Below are positions 9,741 through 18,420 of a stretch of 64,000 nucleotides of DNA, piece by piece. The notes beneath the pieces are model-generated. The model searched no databases and was not told where the DNA came from. It was given only the letters and a program-made list of their open reading frames with translations. The DNA lies in IMG/VR virus record IMGVR_UViG_3300009181_000073, positions 1,593-65,592 of that record; one strand, given 5' to 3'. Both the position numbers and the translations under genes were made by a program. Position 1 is the stretch's first letter; every line of letters starts with the position of its first letter. This DNA is from a virus (Duplodnaviria > Caudoviricetes).

Positions 9741-9976
9741 ATTGCCTCTACCAATTGCCAATTATTACAATCGTAATTCGAAACATATCCAACAATCCCA
9801 TCACTCGTCAAAATCTTTAGCCATGTTGTTTGATAAAATTTCGGATTCTTACCAAGAAACAAAACAATATCATTTTGCCGCAATGTACCAATATATTCTC
9901 CTAATTCTCCAGCATTATCACTAATAATGCTTCTAGTAATCACAGAAGTAACCATGTATAATTTACCAATAATCAT
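9737..9976 (-). CDS. GKLY-family small protein
   Basis: MIIGKLYMV ... KILTSDGIVGYV; close duplicate of 9498-9740. Confidence 0.75.
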   Translation of the reverse strand: MIIGKLYMVTSVITRSIISDNAGELGEYIGTLRQNDIVLFLGKNPKFYQTTWLKILTSDGIVGYVSNYDCNNWQLVEAI

Positions 9977-9977
9977 T

Positions 9978-10223
9978 CTATAAGCCCTCAACCAATTTCC
10001 AATTACCGCATCCGATAGTAGTACAATAGCCAGCAATCCCATTAGATGTCAATACTTTTAATATTCCATACGGTGGAAATACACCAAGAACTAAAACAAT
10101 ATCATTGGCATCGATATGCCCAATCACATTATTTAAATAACAACGGTTCACATCATCAAAAGCACTAGAAAAAACAGCCTTTACATATGAATTACTTATT
10201 TCATACAACTTACCAATGATCAT
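9978..10223 (-). CDS. GKLY-family small protein, leaderless first gene of the array
   Basis: MIIGKLYEI ... KVLTSNGIAGYC; TTGACA-N17-TATCAT 6 nt upstream. Confidence 0.75.
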   Translation of the reverse strand: MIIGKLYEISNSYVKAVFSSAFDDVNRCYLNNVIGHIDANDIVLVLGVFPPYGILKVLTSNGIAGYCTTIGCGNWKLVEGL

Positions 10224-10266
10224 CCAATGATGATATCATGAAATATTGCGGCTGTCAAAAGGATCA

Positions 10267-11076
10267 TTAACCTTTCCAGCGATTGCTTTTAGACATATTA
10301 GCTTTTGCTTCCAAAGGCTGTAAATTATCTAATGCCCAACAAGCTTTAAATGCTGGATGATCCATTGAATCATATTTGAACCATGACTGTGGCTCAATGT
10401 GATCTATATGCCAATAAGAGCCATAGTTTTCCCATGACATCTCTGGTGTAAATCTCTGCTCAAGATGGAGCTTTAATTGCTCTGCGGTATATCCTACCAG
10501 GGTTTGCCATCCAGCTTTACATTTACTTAAATTTCTTTGCTTTAATGACTTACTAAGAAAATTACTCATATTTTCTCTTAGCTTGAACTGGGGATCTTTT
10601 TTAAGCCTTTCACGTTTATAAACCCTGTGTCGAGATCTAATTTTTTCTTTGTTGTTATTGGAATATTCTTTTTTATTTGCCGCAATATCTTCTTTGTTTT
10701 CATTGCGGTAATTCTTTTGATATTCTCTAATGGAATCTTTATTACTCTCACGAAATTTCTTTAATCGTTCTTTCTCTTTTTCTATGTTTTCTAAACTATA
10801 TTGTTTCAGCCTTTCCCGCTCTTTATCAACCCATTGTTGATTATTTTTATTTTCTTTGCGCCTTAATTTAGACTTCTCTGCTATTGCCTCTTTGTTTTTT
10901 ACATAATAGATTTTATCAGCAGCATTACTTTTATCTTTGTTTAATTCCGCATATATCTTTTGTTTATTCAAAATACATTGTTTGCATTCCGGTCTAATAC
11001 CATCCCGACATCCCTTGGCCTTGTAATATTCTTCTGATTCTTTTTCTATATTACAACCAGTGCATATCTTTTTCAT
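10267..11076 (-). CDS. HNH homing endonuclease
   Basis: N-terminal CxxC pairs, charged helical linker, WHIDHIEP ... NLQPL..KAN.SK. Confidence 0.85.
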   Translation of the reverse strand: MKKICTGCNIEKESEEYYKAKGCRDGIRPECKQCILNKQKIYAELNKDKSNAADKIYYVKNKEAIAEKSKLRRKENKNNQQWVDKERERLKQYSLENIEKEKERLKKFRESNKDSIREYQKNYRNENKEDIAANKKEYSNNNKEKIRSRHRVYKRERLKKDPQFKLRENMSNFLSKSLKQRNLSKCKAGWQTLVGYTAEQLKLHLEQRFTPEMSWENYGSYWHIDHIEPQSWFKYDSMDHPAFKACWALDNLQPLEAKANMSKSNRWKG

Positions 11077-11190
11077 GTTTTTACTACCCCAAGATAAATA
11101 CTACAAAAGAAAAAGACCGGAAGAGTAATTAAACCCTTCCAGCCTAATCCTTTTGGGTGCACCTCCCATATAAGAGAGGTACCGTCCGCC

Positions 11191-11961
11191 TCAGTCGTTG
11201 AAGATAATTCCCCGACTAGTCATCTCATAAGAGAAGTAATTGTTAGCTAAACCAAAGCGATTTTTCTGCATCTCAGCGATCCGCTGCCCATATGTCTCAC
11301 TCTTCCGCTCCGTGTCAATGCTCATATGCAAATGCGTGTCAATGCAGTGCTTAACCTCTTGACGACCGCTAAATGTACCATCTTTCGTCACTTGACCAAT
11401 AATCTGAGCAACAGCATAGGTCTTTTTGCACCACTCTGCCAGATCCCACATTGCTTCAACAGCCTGATTCTGCTGACCCGATGGACGACCCTTACCTTCA
11501 TGCTCCTTCTCAATCGTTTGCAGCGAGTCAATGAACAAAAAGAATCCCTTGCCCGGTGCAACGTTCGCTCGCAGCTTGTCAGAAGCCTCAATAATATCTC
11601 CAATCTCTGGTAGATTGGAATGAATCGCACGATCACGATTCTCAGCACTCAGCATTGCTTTTAGTTCCAGCCGCTCCAGTGTCATCTTGATCTGCTCACC
11701 AGATTCCTCACACGAATTGTAAAATACAGTGTGACCAGCATTAATCAGGTAATTCGCAAGCTGAAGGCAAACCGTGGTCTTACCACTGCCCGGTAGTCCA
11801 GTGATCAGTCCGACAGTTGATGGCCGAATACCTGATCCAGTGAATAGGGCATTTGCGTGTTGCCATCCTGTATCCAGAGAGATACGCAGTTGATCTGGTA
11901 CATCAATGTCTGCGAATGACTGGACTGTGTTCTGACCTGGGAGGCGACGTGATGATGACAT
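11191..11961 (-). CDS. RadA/Sms-like RecA-family ATPase (ATPase domain only)
   Basis: Walker A GLPGSGKTT, Walker B FIDSLQT, GQVTKDG and KNRFG motifs. Confidence 0.85.
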   Translation of the reverse strand: MSSSRRLPGQNTVQSFADIDVPDQLRISLDTGWQHANALFTGSGIRPSTVGLITGLPGSGKTTVCLQLANYLINAGHTVFYNSCEESGEQIKMTLERLELKAMLSAENRDRAIHSNLPEIGDIIEASDKLRANVAPGKGFFLFIDSLQTIEKEHEGKGRPSGQQNQAVEAMWDLAEWCKKTYAVAQIIGQVTKDGTFSGRQEVKHCIDTHLHMSIDTERKSETYGQRIAEMQKNRFGLANNYFSYEMTSRGIIFND

Positions 11962-12085
11962 ATGTTTTGTGATTACCTTTCTAGGAACGTTGTATCAGTT
12001 TTGGTTACGGTTGTCAACTGCGATTGTTTGGGACATTGTTTTGAGGGAGTCTTTGTTGTTTCCCTCACTCGATGTATGGATACTA

Positions 12086-12331
12086 TCAGAGGATTGTTTG
12101 TTCGTCAACAGGAATCATGTAGTCACTCCAGCTATCCAGAAATCGAACTATTCTGGTTTTTCCATCGGTGTTTAGTAATTTTAATGATTTTTTTTCTGAA
12201 CCTTCACAGTCAATTTCTTCAATAGGAATTACTATTTCTCCAATAGGCATAAATGATTCACCCGCTGGTGAAATTACAAGCATATGCCGATTTGTTATGT
12301 AGAGTTTACCGATTTGGATTTTGTTTGACAT
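12086..12331 (-). CDS. GKLY-family small protein
   Basis: QIGKLYIT ... KLLNTDG. Confidence 0.7.
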   Translation of the reverse strand: MSNKIQIGKLYITNRHMLVISPAGESFMPIGEIVIPIEEIDCEGSEKKSLKLLNTDGKTRIVRFLDSWSDYMIPVDEQTIL

Positions 12332-12334
12332 TTA

Positions 12335-12580
12335 TTATTCTTTTGCGGCAGAAATAAAATAATTACTTAGAATTTCCTGGTAAGTTTGAAACCATCCAAT
12401 CATTCCATTTTCTGATAATAGCTTAATGGAAAGCTTGGTATAATCTTGCTTGCCATGAATGATTTCAACAGGTATCAGGATTTCCCCATCCCTAACACTA
12501 TACCAATCTCCGCTAGATTGTTTTAAAACGAAGAAACCTTGTGCTGTATAAAGCTTGCCAATTTCAAGATTAAGTTGCAT
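12335..12580 (-). CDS. GKLY-family small protein
   Basis: EIGKLYTA ... KLLSENGMIGWF. Confidence 0.75.
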   Translation of the reverse strand: MQLNLEIGKLYTAQGFFVLKQSSGDWYSVRDGEILIPVEIIHGKQDYTKLSIKLLSENGMIGWFQTYQEILSNYFISAAKE

Positions 12581-12837
12581 TATTGTGCATTGACTAATGT
12601 TAGATATTTGTGCAGAATGGATTTATAGGTCAAAAACCAACCTGTTATTCCGTTTTGTGTTAATACTTTTATTGCCACTATATCTTCGTTGCCATTTTCG
12701 GTTTGTATTTCAAGGGGAATAATCAATGTATCTTTTCTATAACTGCTGATTTTATGATTTGCAGGTTTCCAACTCGGAGCGGGAATCAAATCATAATTAC
12801 AATTAACCTGATATAGTTTTCCAATTTGTATATTCAT
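12580..12837 (-). CDS. GKLY-family small protein
   Basis: QIGKLYQV ... KVLTQNGITGWF. Confidence 0.75.
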   Translation of the reverse strand: MNIQIGKLYQVNCNYDLIPAPSWKPANHKISSYRKDTLIIPLEIQTENGNEDIVAIKVLTQNGITGWFLTYKSILHKYLTLVNAQ

Positions 12838-13184
12838 TTGGTTTTGTTATTTTTCTCTGGATCAACCCAACCTTTCGGTGGAGCCCAGCCTTCTTTCAAT
12901 GCCTGAGTCATCCATTCAGGACGTAATCCCTTCATACCCAAGCATATACGCAATGCTTCTCTTTTGGAAGAGTTTTTTTCTTCTTGAAGAAGTTTTTGTT
13001 TTGTTGTTAGAATAAATGGTAATTGACCAAATTGATCATCAATCCAAACTTGTCCAGAGGAATCCAATACCCAAGTAGCGGGAATCTCCCAACCGGGATA
13101 ATAAATCTTGCCGCCATTCTTCAATGGAAAAGCTGGTTCCCCTCCAGTGAAATCATCAAATTTATATTCTTCCAGAAATACCAT
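12834..13184 (-). CDS. hypothetical protein
   Basis: AAGGA RBS and TTGACA promoter upstream. Confidence 0.65.
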   Translation of the reverse strand: MVFLEEYKFDDFTGGEPAFPLKNGGKIYYPGWEIPATWVLDSSGQVWIDDQFGQLPFILTTKQKLLQEEKNSSKREALRICLGMKGLRPEWMTQALKEGWAPPKGWVDPEKNNKTK

Positions 13185-13239
13185 TGTTTATCCTTGATAG
13201 TTCAACTTTTACCATGTAGACAGTGCGATGTCAATGGTT

Positions 13240-13608
13240 TTATTTTTCCATCAACAATGCTTGTGTTATTAGTTCTGCTGAAGAGCGATCATGGTAATAT
13301 TCAGAGAGACTGGTTGCCCATTCAATGACACGAAGAGAATAATCTTTAAATTGTTGTTGCAAAGGAACCATGATAATTTCTGGATCTTCTGGATTACCTA
13401 TGGTAAATTCAGTAAAGATTGGGAGCATTGCTTTGTTTGCCGCCTTATATTCAGTGCGACCTTCAATCCATCCAGAAGCCCTTAGAATCGATTGCATTGC
13501 CTTGGGTGTAACTTTCCCCAAGCACAATGAGTAATGCCATTGTAGAGCCCTTGTGACCTCGCAGAGACACATAAGATGCTGTTCTGAATCTGTGGCGGCA
13601 TTCAACAT
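13240..13608 (-). CDS. hypothetical protein
   Basis: 122-aa ORF in the gene run. Confidence 0.6.
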   Translation of the reverse strand: MLNAATDSEQHLMCLCEVTRALQWHYSLCLGKVTPKAMQSILRASGWIEGRTEYKAANKAMLPIFTEFTIGNPEDPEIIMVPLQQQFKDYSLRVIEWATSLSEYYHDRSSAELITQALLMEK

Positions 13609-13620
13609 AATTTTCTTTCT

Positions 13621-14373
13621 TCAACTAGCTTTCTTCAATCCAGAATACTTTACCCAATGGGGAATATTCCTGATAATCCGATCTCCTACTAGCATATCGA
13701 ATGTCTTTTCTTCGGAATTATCTTGAATGAAAAAACCAATGCCATCTTGACTAAAGTTTTCGTATTTATCCTCTTTTTCTAGATAAAATTCATACTTAAT
13801 CCTATTCAATTGAACCAAACAGCCGGGAATAATCCATGAAACATTTGGCAAACCAGTTGCATCACGGAGATATGCATATTGTAGGTTTGCACCTTCGAGG
13901 TTTGCACCCGTGAGGTCTGCACCAACGAGGTCTGCACCACGGAGGTTTGCACCACGAAGGTCTGCACCTTCGAGGTTTGCATCACGGAGGTTTGCACCAT
14001 TGAGGTTTGCATTAATGAAACTTACATATTCAAGGTTTGCACCACGGAGGTTTGCACCTGATAGGTTTGCACCACGGAATCCTGCACAATAGAGGATTGC
14101 ACCCGTGAGGCTTGCACCCGTGAGGTTTGCACCCGTGAGGGTTGCACCAAGGAGGTTTGCACCATCGAGGTTTGCACCTTCGAGGTTTGCACCACGGAGG
14201 CTTGCACGAGTGAGGTTTGCATCCTTGAGGTTTGCACGTTCGAGGTCTGCGCCACGGAGTTGTGCCCCTTCAAGATTTGCACTCTTGAGATATGCCTGTG
14301 ATCCTTGCATCCCACTGGTTTCAATCCAAAGTTTGTGTTGCTCCAGAATCTGGTTTAGTTCAGACTGTTCCAT
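13621..14373 (-). CDS. pentapeptide repeat protein (paralog 4)
   Basis: Longest repeat tract of the four; shared caps; TTGACA-N17-TAATCT 6 nt before ATG. Confidence 0.95.
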   Translation of the reverse strand: MEQSELNQILEQHKLWIETSGMQGSQAYLKSANLEGAQLRGADLERANLKDANLTRASLRGANLEGANLDGANLLGATLTGANLTGASLTGAILYCAGFRGANLSGANLRGANLEYVSFINANLNGANLRDANLEGADLRGANLRGADLVGADLTGANLEGANLQYAYLRDATGLPNVSWIIPGCLVQLNRIKYEFYLEKEDKYENFSQDGIGFFIQDNSEEKTFDMLVGDRIIRNIPHWVKYSGLKKAS

Positions 14374-14413
14374 ACGTGCAGATTATCATTCTGCAATCCG
14401 AATGTCAATGGCT

Positions 14414-14656
14414 TTATAGCTTTACAAAATACGTCTCAAGAAGTCTTTCTGCACAACAAATATATCCAACCAATCCTTCGCTGGTCAATAAACGAAATCC
14501 ATGACGTCCATATTTCATGCTATATTGTTCTAATATCATGACGATTTGATTATCAACATCGGACAAGTAATCATCAGGATCAATGACACAATCTCTGGAT
14601 TTGAAAAGACACGAACAGTGTTGAAACATATACATTTTACCAGTTTGAATAATCAT
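14414..14656 (-). CDS. GKLY-family small protein
   Basis: QTGKMYMF ... [12 protein letters not shown]. Confidence 0.7.
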   Translation of the reverse strand: MIIQTGKMYMFQHCSCLFKSRDCVIDPDDYLSDVDNQIVMILEQYSMKYGRHGFRLLTSEGLVGYICCAERLLETYFVKL

Positions 14657-15239
14657 TGCGGCAAACACTCCTCAAAATCATCTATGAAATCATCGAAAAT
14701 AGAAATATAACCAACAAAACCATGTTGGTTAATAATTTTACAAACGCATCTTGGATAACGATTATATCCATGCCAAATTAACATGAAAATATCATCAGGC
14801 CATAAACAATCAATAGGCTTAATGTTTGAAATACTGTCGTAATTACTATATCCAGTTATTCCATTCTCTTTATTGTATGAGCAGAAAACCCACAGGCTCG
14901 TCCTGTGGGATGAATGCGATTCATTTTAAATCATTTAAACAAAAACATATTTTGCATAATAATTAAAAACATCGGAGCAATTAATTTTTCCGATATCGTT
15001 CGGAACGAACGATTACGAGCATGGAGAGAATATAAAACCAACTGGTTTACCAGCGGTAATTTTCAGTGAAGTGCTTAAAGTTCTAGAGACAAACTCTTTA
15101 GAAGCTCACAGGCTTGTCCTGTGAGTAGTTCACTGTAGTATTTTCCAATCGTAAAATGATAATAGTATTTGTCTGTACCATCTTCATACTTACGATCTTT
15201 TGCCAACCATTTATATAACTTACCGTTTTCAAATTTCAT
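14653..15239 (-). pseudogene. GKLY-family gene interrupted by a mini-element
   Basis: Removing 14874-15133 gives in-frame MKFENGKLYKW...TIGKYY|NKENG...KIINQHGFVGYI...CLPQ*. Confidence 0.85.
14874..15133 (+). mobile_element. non-autonomous IS200/IS605 mini-element (260 bp) retaining the omegaRNA region
   Basis: Follows TTTAT (14869-14873), ends in TTCAC, near-identical to 4922-5180. Confidence 0.9.
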
Positions 15240-15286
15240 TATTTGTTTACCGCAATTTCAATAGATTGATAATCTAACTCAGTATA

Positions 15287-15652
15287 TTAAGGTATTGTTA
15301 ATGACCGCCGATAGCTTTCAATATAACTAATGATATTCTGTGTTCCAATAGGATTTGCACTATGTACCACGTATTCTGGAATTATCAGTGGTACCCTTGA
15401 TGTCCAAGCCAGTGAAGCACGTTTAGGATAGTCAATAAAAAGCCATTTAAGAAATACCATTGTAGTATCCTCAAATCCATGCTGAATTCCTAAATCATGA
15501 TCCAAACTCATGAACTTTGGCATGTCATATAGCCGAACAATTTCCTGTGCTCGGCGTGAACTCCTTGCAATAAGAATATTCATGTCAGGCCACTGAGAAC
15601 GATCAACCATCTCAATCGTTCTCTCATCGTCCAGAAACAAAATGTAATCCAT
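15287..15652 (-). CDS. cyclic-phosphate-processing receiver (cREC-type) domain protein
   Basis: LFLDDER, SLDHDLG and VHSANPIG motifs. Confidence 0.75.
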   Translation of the reverse strand: MDYILFLDDERTIEMVDRSQWPDMNILIARSSRRAQEIVRLYDMPKFMSLDHDLGIQHGFEDTTMVFLKWLFIDYPKRASLAWTSRVPLIIPEYVVHSANPIGTQNIISYIESYRRSLTIP

Positions 15653-15680
15653 GACTATTCCTCAGTTTAGCTTTCTAATT

Positions 15681-15968
15681 TCAATGGTTGTTTACAGCAA
15701 TTTCAATGTCTGGATAATGCAAACTAGCATACCCAATGTACCCATCACTTGTCAATACCTTTTCTGGTTGATCTTTTGAAACACTAATAATCATGAAAAC
15801 TGTTCCAGGTTCAGCGGAATAGCCAAGAGCATAACAATGATAATCTTGCAAGGAATCATAAAGACATAATACAGCACTATCCCATGGAGTGTATCTATAT
15901 AACGATCCAGCCTTAAAATTATTTCTGCTTTTTGTAGGAACAAAAGACATTGTAGAATCATCATTCAT
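15681..15968 (-). CDS. GKLY-family small protein
   Basis: KAGSLYRY ... KVLTSDGYIGYA. Confidence 0.7.
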   Translation of the reverse strand: MNDDSTMSFVPTKSRNNFKAGSLYRYTPWDSAVLCLYDSLQDYHCYALGYSAEPGTVFMIISVSKDQPEKVLTSDGYIGYASLHYPDIEIAVNNH

Positions 15969-16209
15969 GGCTTATAATTTCCCAACTGTCAGGTCTTATA
16001 ATACCAATACATCCAATCTCTCCACTGCCTGATAAAAATTTATTTCCATAAATTGTGCTTGGAACAAGCACAAAAAGTAAAATCTCATCAATTAAAATAA
16101 TTCTACATTCTCTAACTCGTGCATTGGGATAAAACCATGTTATCTCTTGACCTTTATAACGATATAGCTTTCCTGTGATTAATTGGGTCATTTTAATGTC
16201 TCGCCGCAA
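15961..16209 (-). CDS. GKLY-family small protein
   Basis: ITGKLYRY ... KFLSGSGEIGCI. Confidence 0.7.
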   Translation of the reverse strand: MRRDIKMTQLITGKLYRYKGQEITWFYPNARVRECRIILIDEILLFVLVPSTIYGNKFLSGSGEIGCIGIIRPDSWEIISHE

Positions 16210-16214
16210 TCTTT

Positions 16215-16463
16215 CTAATGTTCAATTAATTTCATTCTAAAATACTGATAATCATAAATCCATCCAATCTCACCAGTTTCTAACAAAACCCTGATTTCAC
16301 CGTTTACACACCCATTGTAATTTTTCTGGATAGGTTCATCTAATACCATTACAATTCCAGATTCTTTTTCTGGATCATTTATAATTTTACCTGTTTCACT
16401 CCAGCATGCTGTACCTTGGCGAATGCGATATAACTTACCAACTTTAATATTGGTCTTAATCAT
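16215..16463 (-). CDS. GKLY-family small protein
   Basis: KVGKLYRI ... RVLLETGEIGWI. Confidence 0.75.
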   Translation of the reverse strand: MIKTNIKVGKLYRIRQGTACWSETGKIINDPEKESGIVMVLDEPIQKNYNGCVNGEIRVLLETGEIGWIYDYQYFRMKLIEH

Positions 16464-16726
16464 TGCATTAACCCTTGATTCATGACCTTATCTAAATAAT
16501 CCTCAACCTCTCCCTCATATTCAATTGTGTCAGGTGGAAATTCTGCTACAAGAATATTTGTATCATTGTTTCCAGACCACTCATATTCTGGAAGATTAAA
16601 CTTCTCACGTAAATGATTCATGAAATCTTCTGCTCGACCGTAATCCTTCGGCAAAGCATAAAATTCAACCGTGCAATCAGAAATTGAATGGATTCTAGGC
16701 GGATTTAATTTCTTGTTTTTAATCAT
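16460..16726 (-). CDS. hypothetical protein
   Basis: ATGA-coupled ORF; IHSISDCTVEF resembles IYKISECSIEF of 40218-40514. Confidence 0.6.
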   Translation of the reverse strand: MIKNKKLNPPRIHSISDCTVEFYALPKDYGRAEDFMNHLREKFNLPEYEWSGNNDTNILVAEFPPDTIEYEGEVEDYLDKVMNQGLMQ

Positions 16727-17070
16727 GTTACCACCCCTTGACCAGATTGTTCAATCCAATACTCCATACCCCATTTATAAATCATAACCCATCCAACTTC
16801 ACCTTCGGAGGTAAGAACTTTATAAAAAACTGTATCGTCTTTGTCTTTGACTGAGTATTTCTCAAGGCACATCACTAAACTATTTGGAGAAACATGAGAT
16901 ACTTTGCAGTTAAATTCTTTGGACCAAAACATAGTGGAAGCTGTCATATGTTTGGGTGACTCAAAAATTGATGGCCCACAATTAAAAATACCCCTGGTGA
17001 TTAATTCAATATCTACTTGATAAAGGAACCAAAAATACTTCTTGAACTCGTAAATCTTACCAACTTCCAT
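16723..17070 (-). CDS. GKLY-family protein (long subtype)
   Basis: MEVGKIYEF ... KVLTSEGEVGWV. Confidence 0.75.
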   Translation of the reverse strand: MEVGKIYEFKKYFWFLYQVDIELITRGIFNCGPSIFESPKHMTASTMFWSKEFNCKVSHVSPNSLVMCLEKYSVKDKDDTVFYKVLTSEGEVGWVMIYKWGMEYWIEQSGQGVVT

Positions 17071-17072
17071 AG

Positions 17073-17411
17073 CTAGTCATTTACCTCCATCCCTGTAGTG
17101 CTTTGTTTAATTAAATACTCCATACCCCATTTATGAACCATAAACCATCCAACTTCACCTTCGGGAGTCAGTAGTTTATAAAAATCCGTTTCATCATTAA
17201 ATGGCTCTCTATCAAGAAACATCACTAAACTATCCGCATTTAAAAATGAAATATGTATATCAGGCAATGCATTGTATTGTTGACAACACTCCTCTGCAAT
17301 TTCTGCTGAAGTCACACAAGATACAAAAATATCCTCTAAGTCTTCCTTTTTTGTAAAGAAAAACCAATAAAACTTCTTGAGTGCGTAAAGCTTACCTACT
17401 TCCATGCTCAA
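17073..17411 (-). CDS. GKLY-family protein (long subtype)
   Basis: MEVGKLYAL ... KLLTPEGEVGWF. Confidence 0.75.
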   Translation of the reverse strand: MSMEVGKLYALKKFYWFFFTKKEDLEDIFVSCVTSAEIAEECCQQYNALPDIHISFLNADSLVMFLDREPFNDETDFYKLLTPEGEVGWFMVHKWGMEYLIKQSTTGMEVND

Positions 17412-17731
17412 TACTTATTTTTTAATTCCATAATATCATTTTCACACCAGTCAGCACGGTGAATCCATCCAGCAACTCCTTCTGCTGTTAGAATCCGGCA
17501 AAACTTGTTATTTTGTTCCAATACCATAAAAATACTTGCTAGATCAATGAAAGAAACATTGCAGTCTAATTTCTTGCTCCAAAAACTAACATAAAATCTG
17601 GCCAGTCCGAATCCATGGGTAGCAGAGGCTCCTTCATTCATATCTTCAACAACGATAGTGGCAGTTTCCTCTGAAGGAAAAAGAAGCCAATAAAGTTGGC
17701 TAGTCTGATAAAGCTTGCCAATTTCCATCAT
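17408..17731 (-). CDS. GKLY-family protein (long subtype)
   Basis: MEIGKLYQT ... RILTAEGVAGWI. Confidence 0.75.
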   Translation of the reverse strand: MMEIGKLYQTSQLYWLLFPSEETATIVVEDMNEGASATHGFGLARFYVSFWSKKLDCNVSFIDLASIFMVLEQNNKFCRILTAEGVAGWIHRADWCENDIMELKNKY

Positions 17732-18003
17732 TCAGCCTTTACCTCTTCAATATCATTCCTGCACCAATCAGCAAGATAAATCCAACCAATGTTTCCTTCG
17801 GGGGAGAGAACCTTGCAATACTTCTGCTTCTGCTCTAAAAACACAAACAAACTGTTTGGAGGAATATAAGAAGCTTTGCACTTCTTGTTCCAATACCGGG
17901 CGCAGGTCGCCGTGACGGCACTGAGGGCGATATCGATCTCATCTTCTGATCGATACAGCATCCAATAAAACTCCTTGGTTTTGTACAGCTTACCTATTTC
18001 CAT
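17728..18003 (-). CDS. GKLY-family protein
   Basis: MEIGKLYKT ... KVLSPEGNIGWI. Confidence 0.75.
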   Translation of the reverse strand: MEIGKLYKTKEFYWMLYRSEDEIDIALSAVTATCARYWNKKCKASYIPPNSLFVFLEQKQKYCKVLSPEGNIGWIYLADWCRNDIEEVKAE

Positions 18004-18071
18004 AAACTTCCTCAATATCCTTCACATGGTCACCTTAGCAAATATTAAAAATATTGTCAAGAACTCTGTGG

Positions 18072-18383
18072 TCAAGATTCAATCAATTGGAAATTATTAA
18101 AGTAAATTGCACTGACCCAACCAATAATTCCAGTGCTCGTTAAAATCTTTACTTTATAAGAAATAGTTGAATACCATTTACTTTCGTACTTTACGGCATT
18201 GCTCAAAATAACGCACGTTATATTATCCATGCGCCCCTTGTCACCATTTACATTGACGCAATCAATCCTATTCTGGTCATCATCACGAACATAACAATAT
18301 TCAACAAAATATAGTTTGCCAATTTGCAGCGGATATTCCTTCGCTTGGTAAAATGCTAACTGATTTTTTTCCATATCAATCAA
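18072..18383 (-). CDS. GKLY-family protein
   Basis: QIGKLYFV ... KILTSTGIIGWV. Confidence 0.7.
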   Translation of the reverse strand: MIDMEKNQLAFYQAKEYPLQIGKLYFVEYCYVRDDDQNRIDCVNVNGDKGRMDNITCVILSNAVKYESKWYSTISYKVKILTSTGIIGWVSAIYFNNFQLIES

Positions 18384-18420
18384 TCAATCCTATCATACCA
18401 TCAGAGAAAGATCAATAAAA

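Noticed and set aside
15134-15150. Mini-element 2 guide targeting the conserved IGKLY codons of the whole family
   Set aside because: Similarity is limited to the TAM-distal TTTTCCAAT, and I saw no paralog with TTTAT plus a matching seed.
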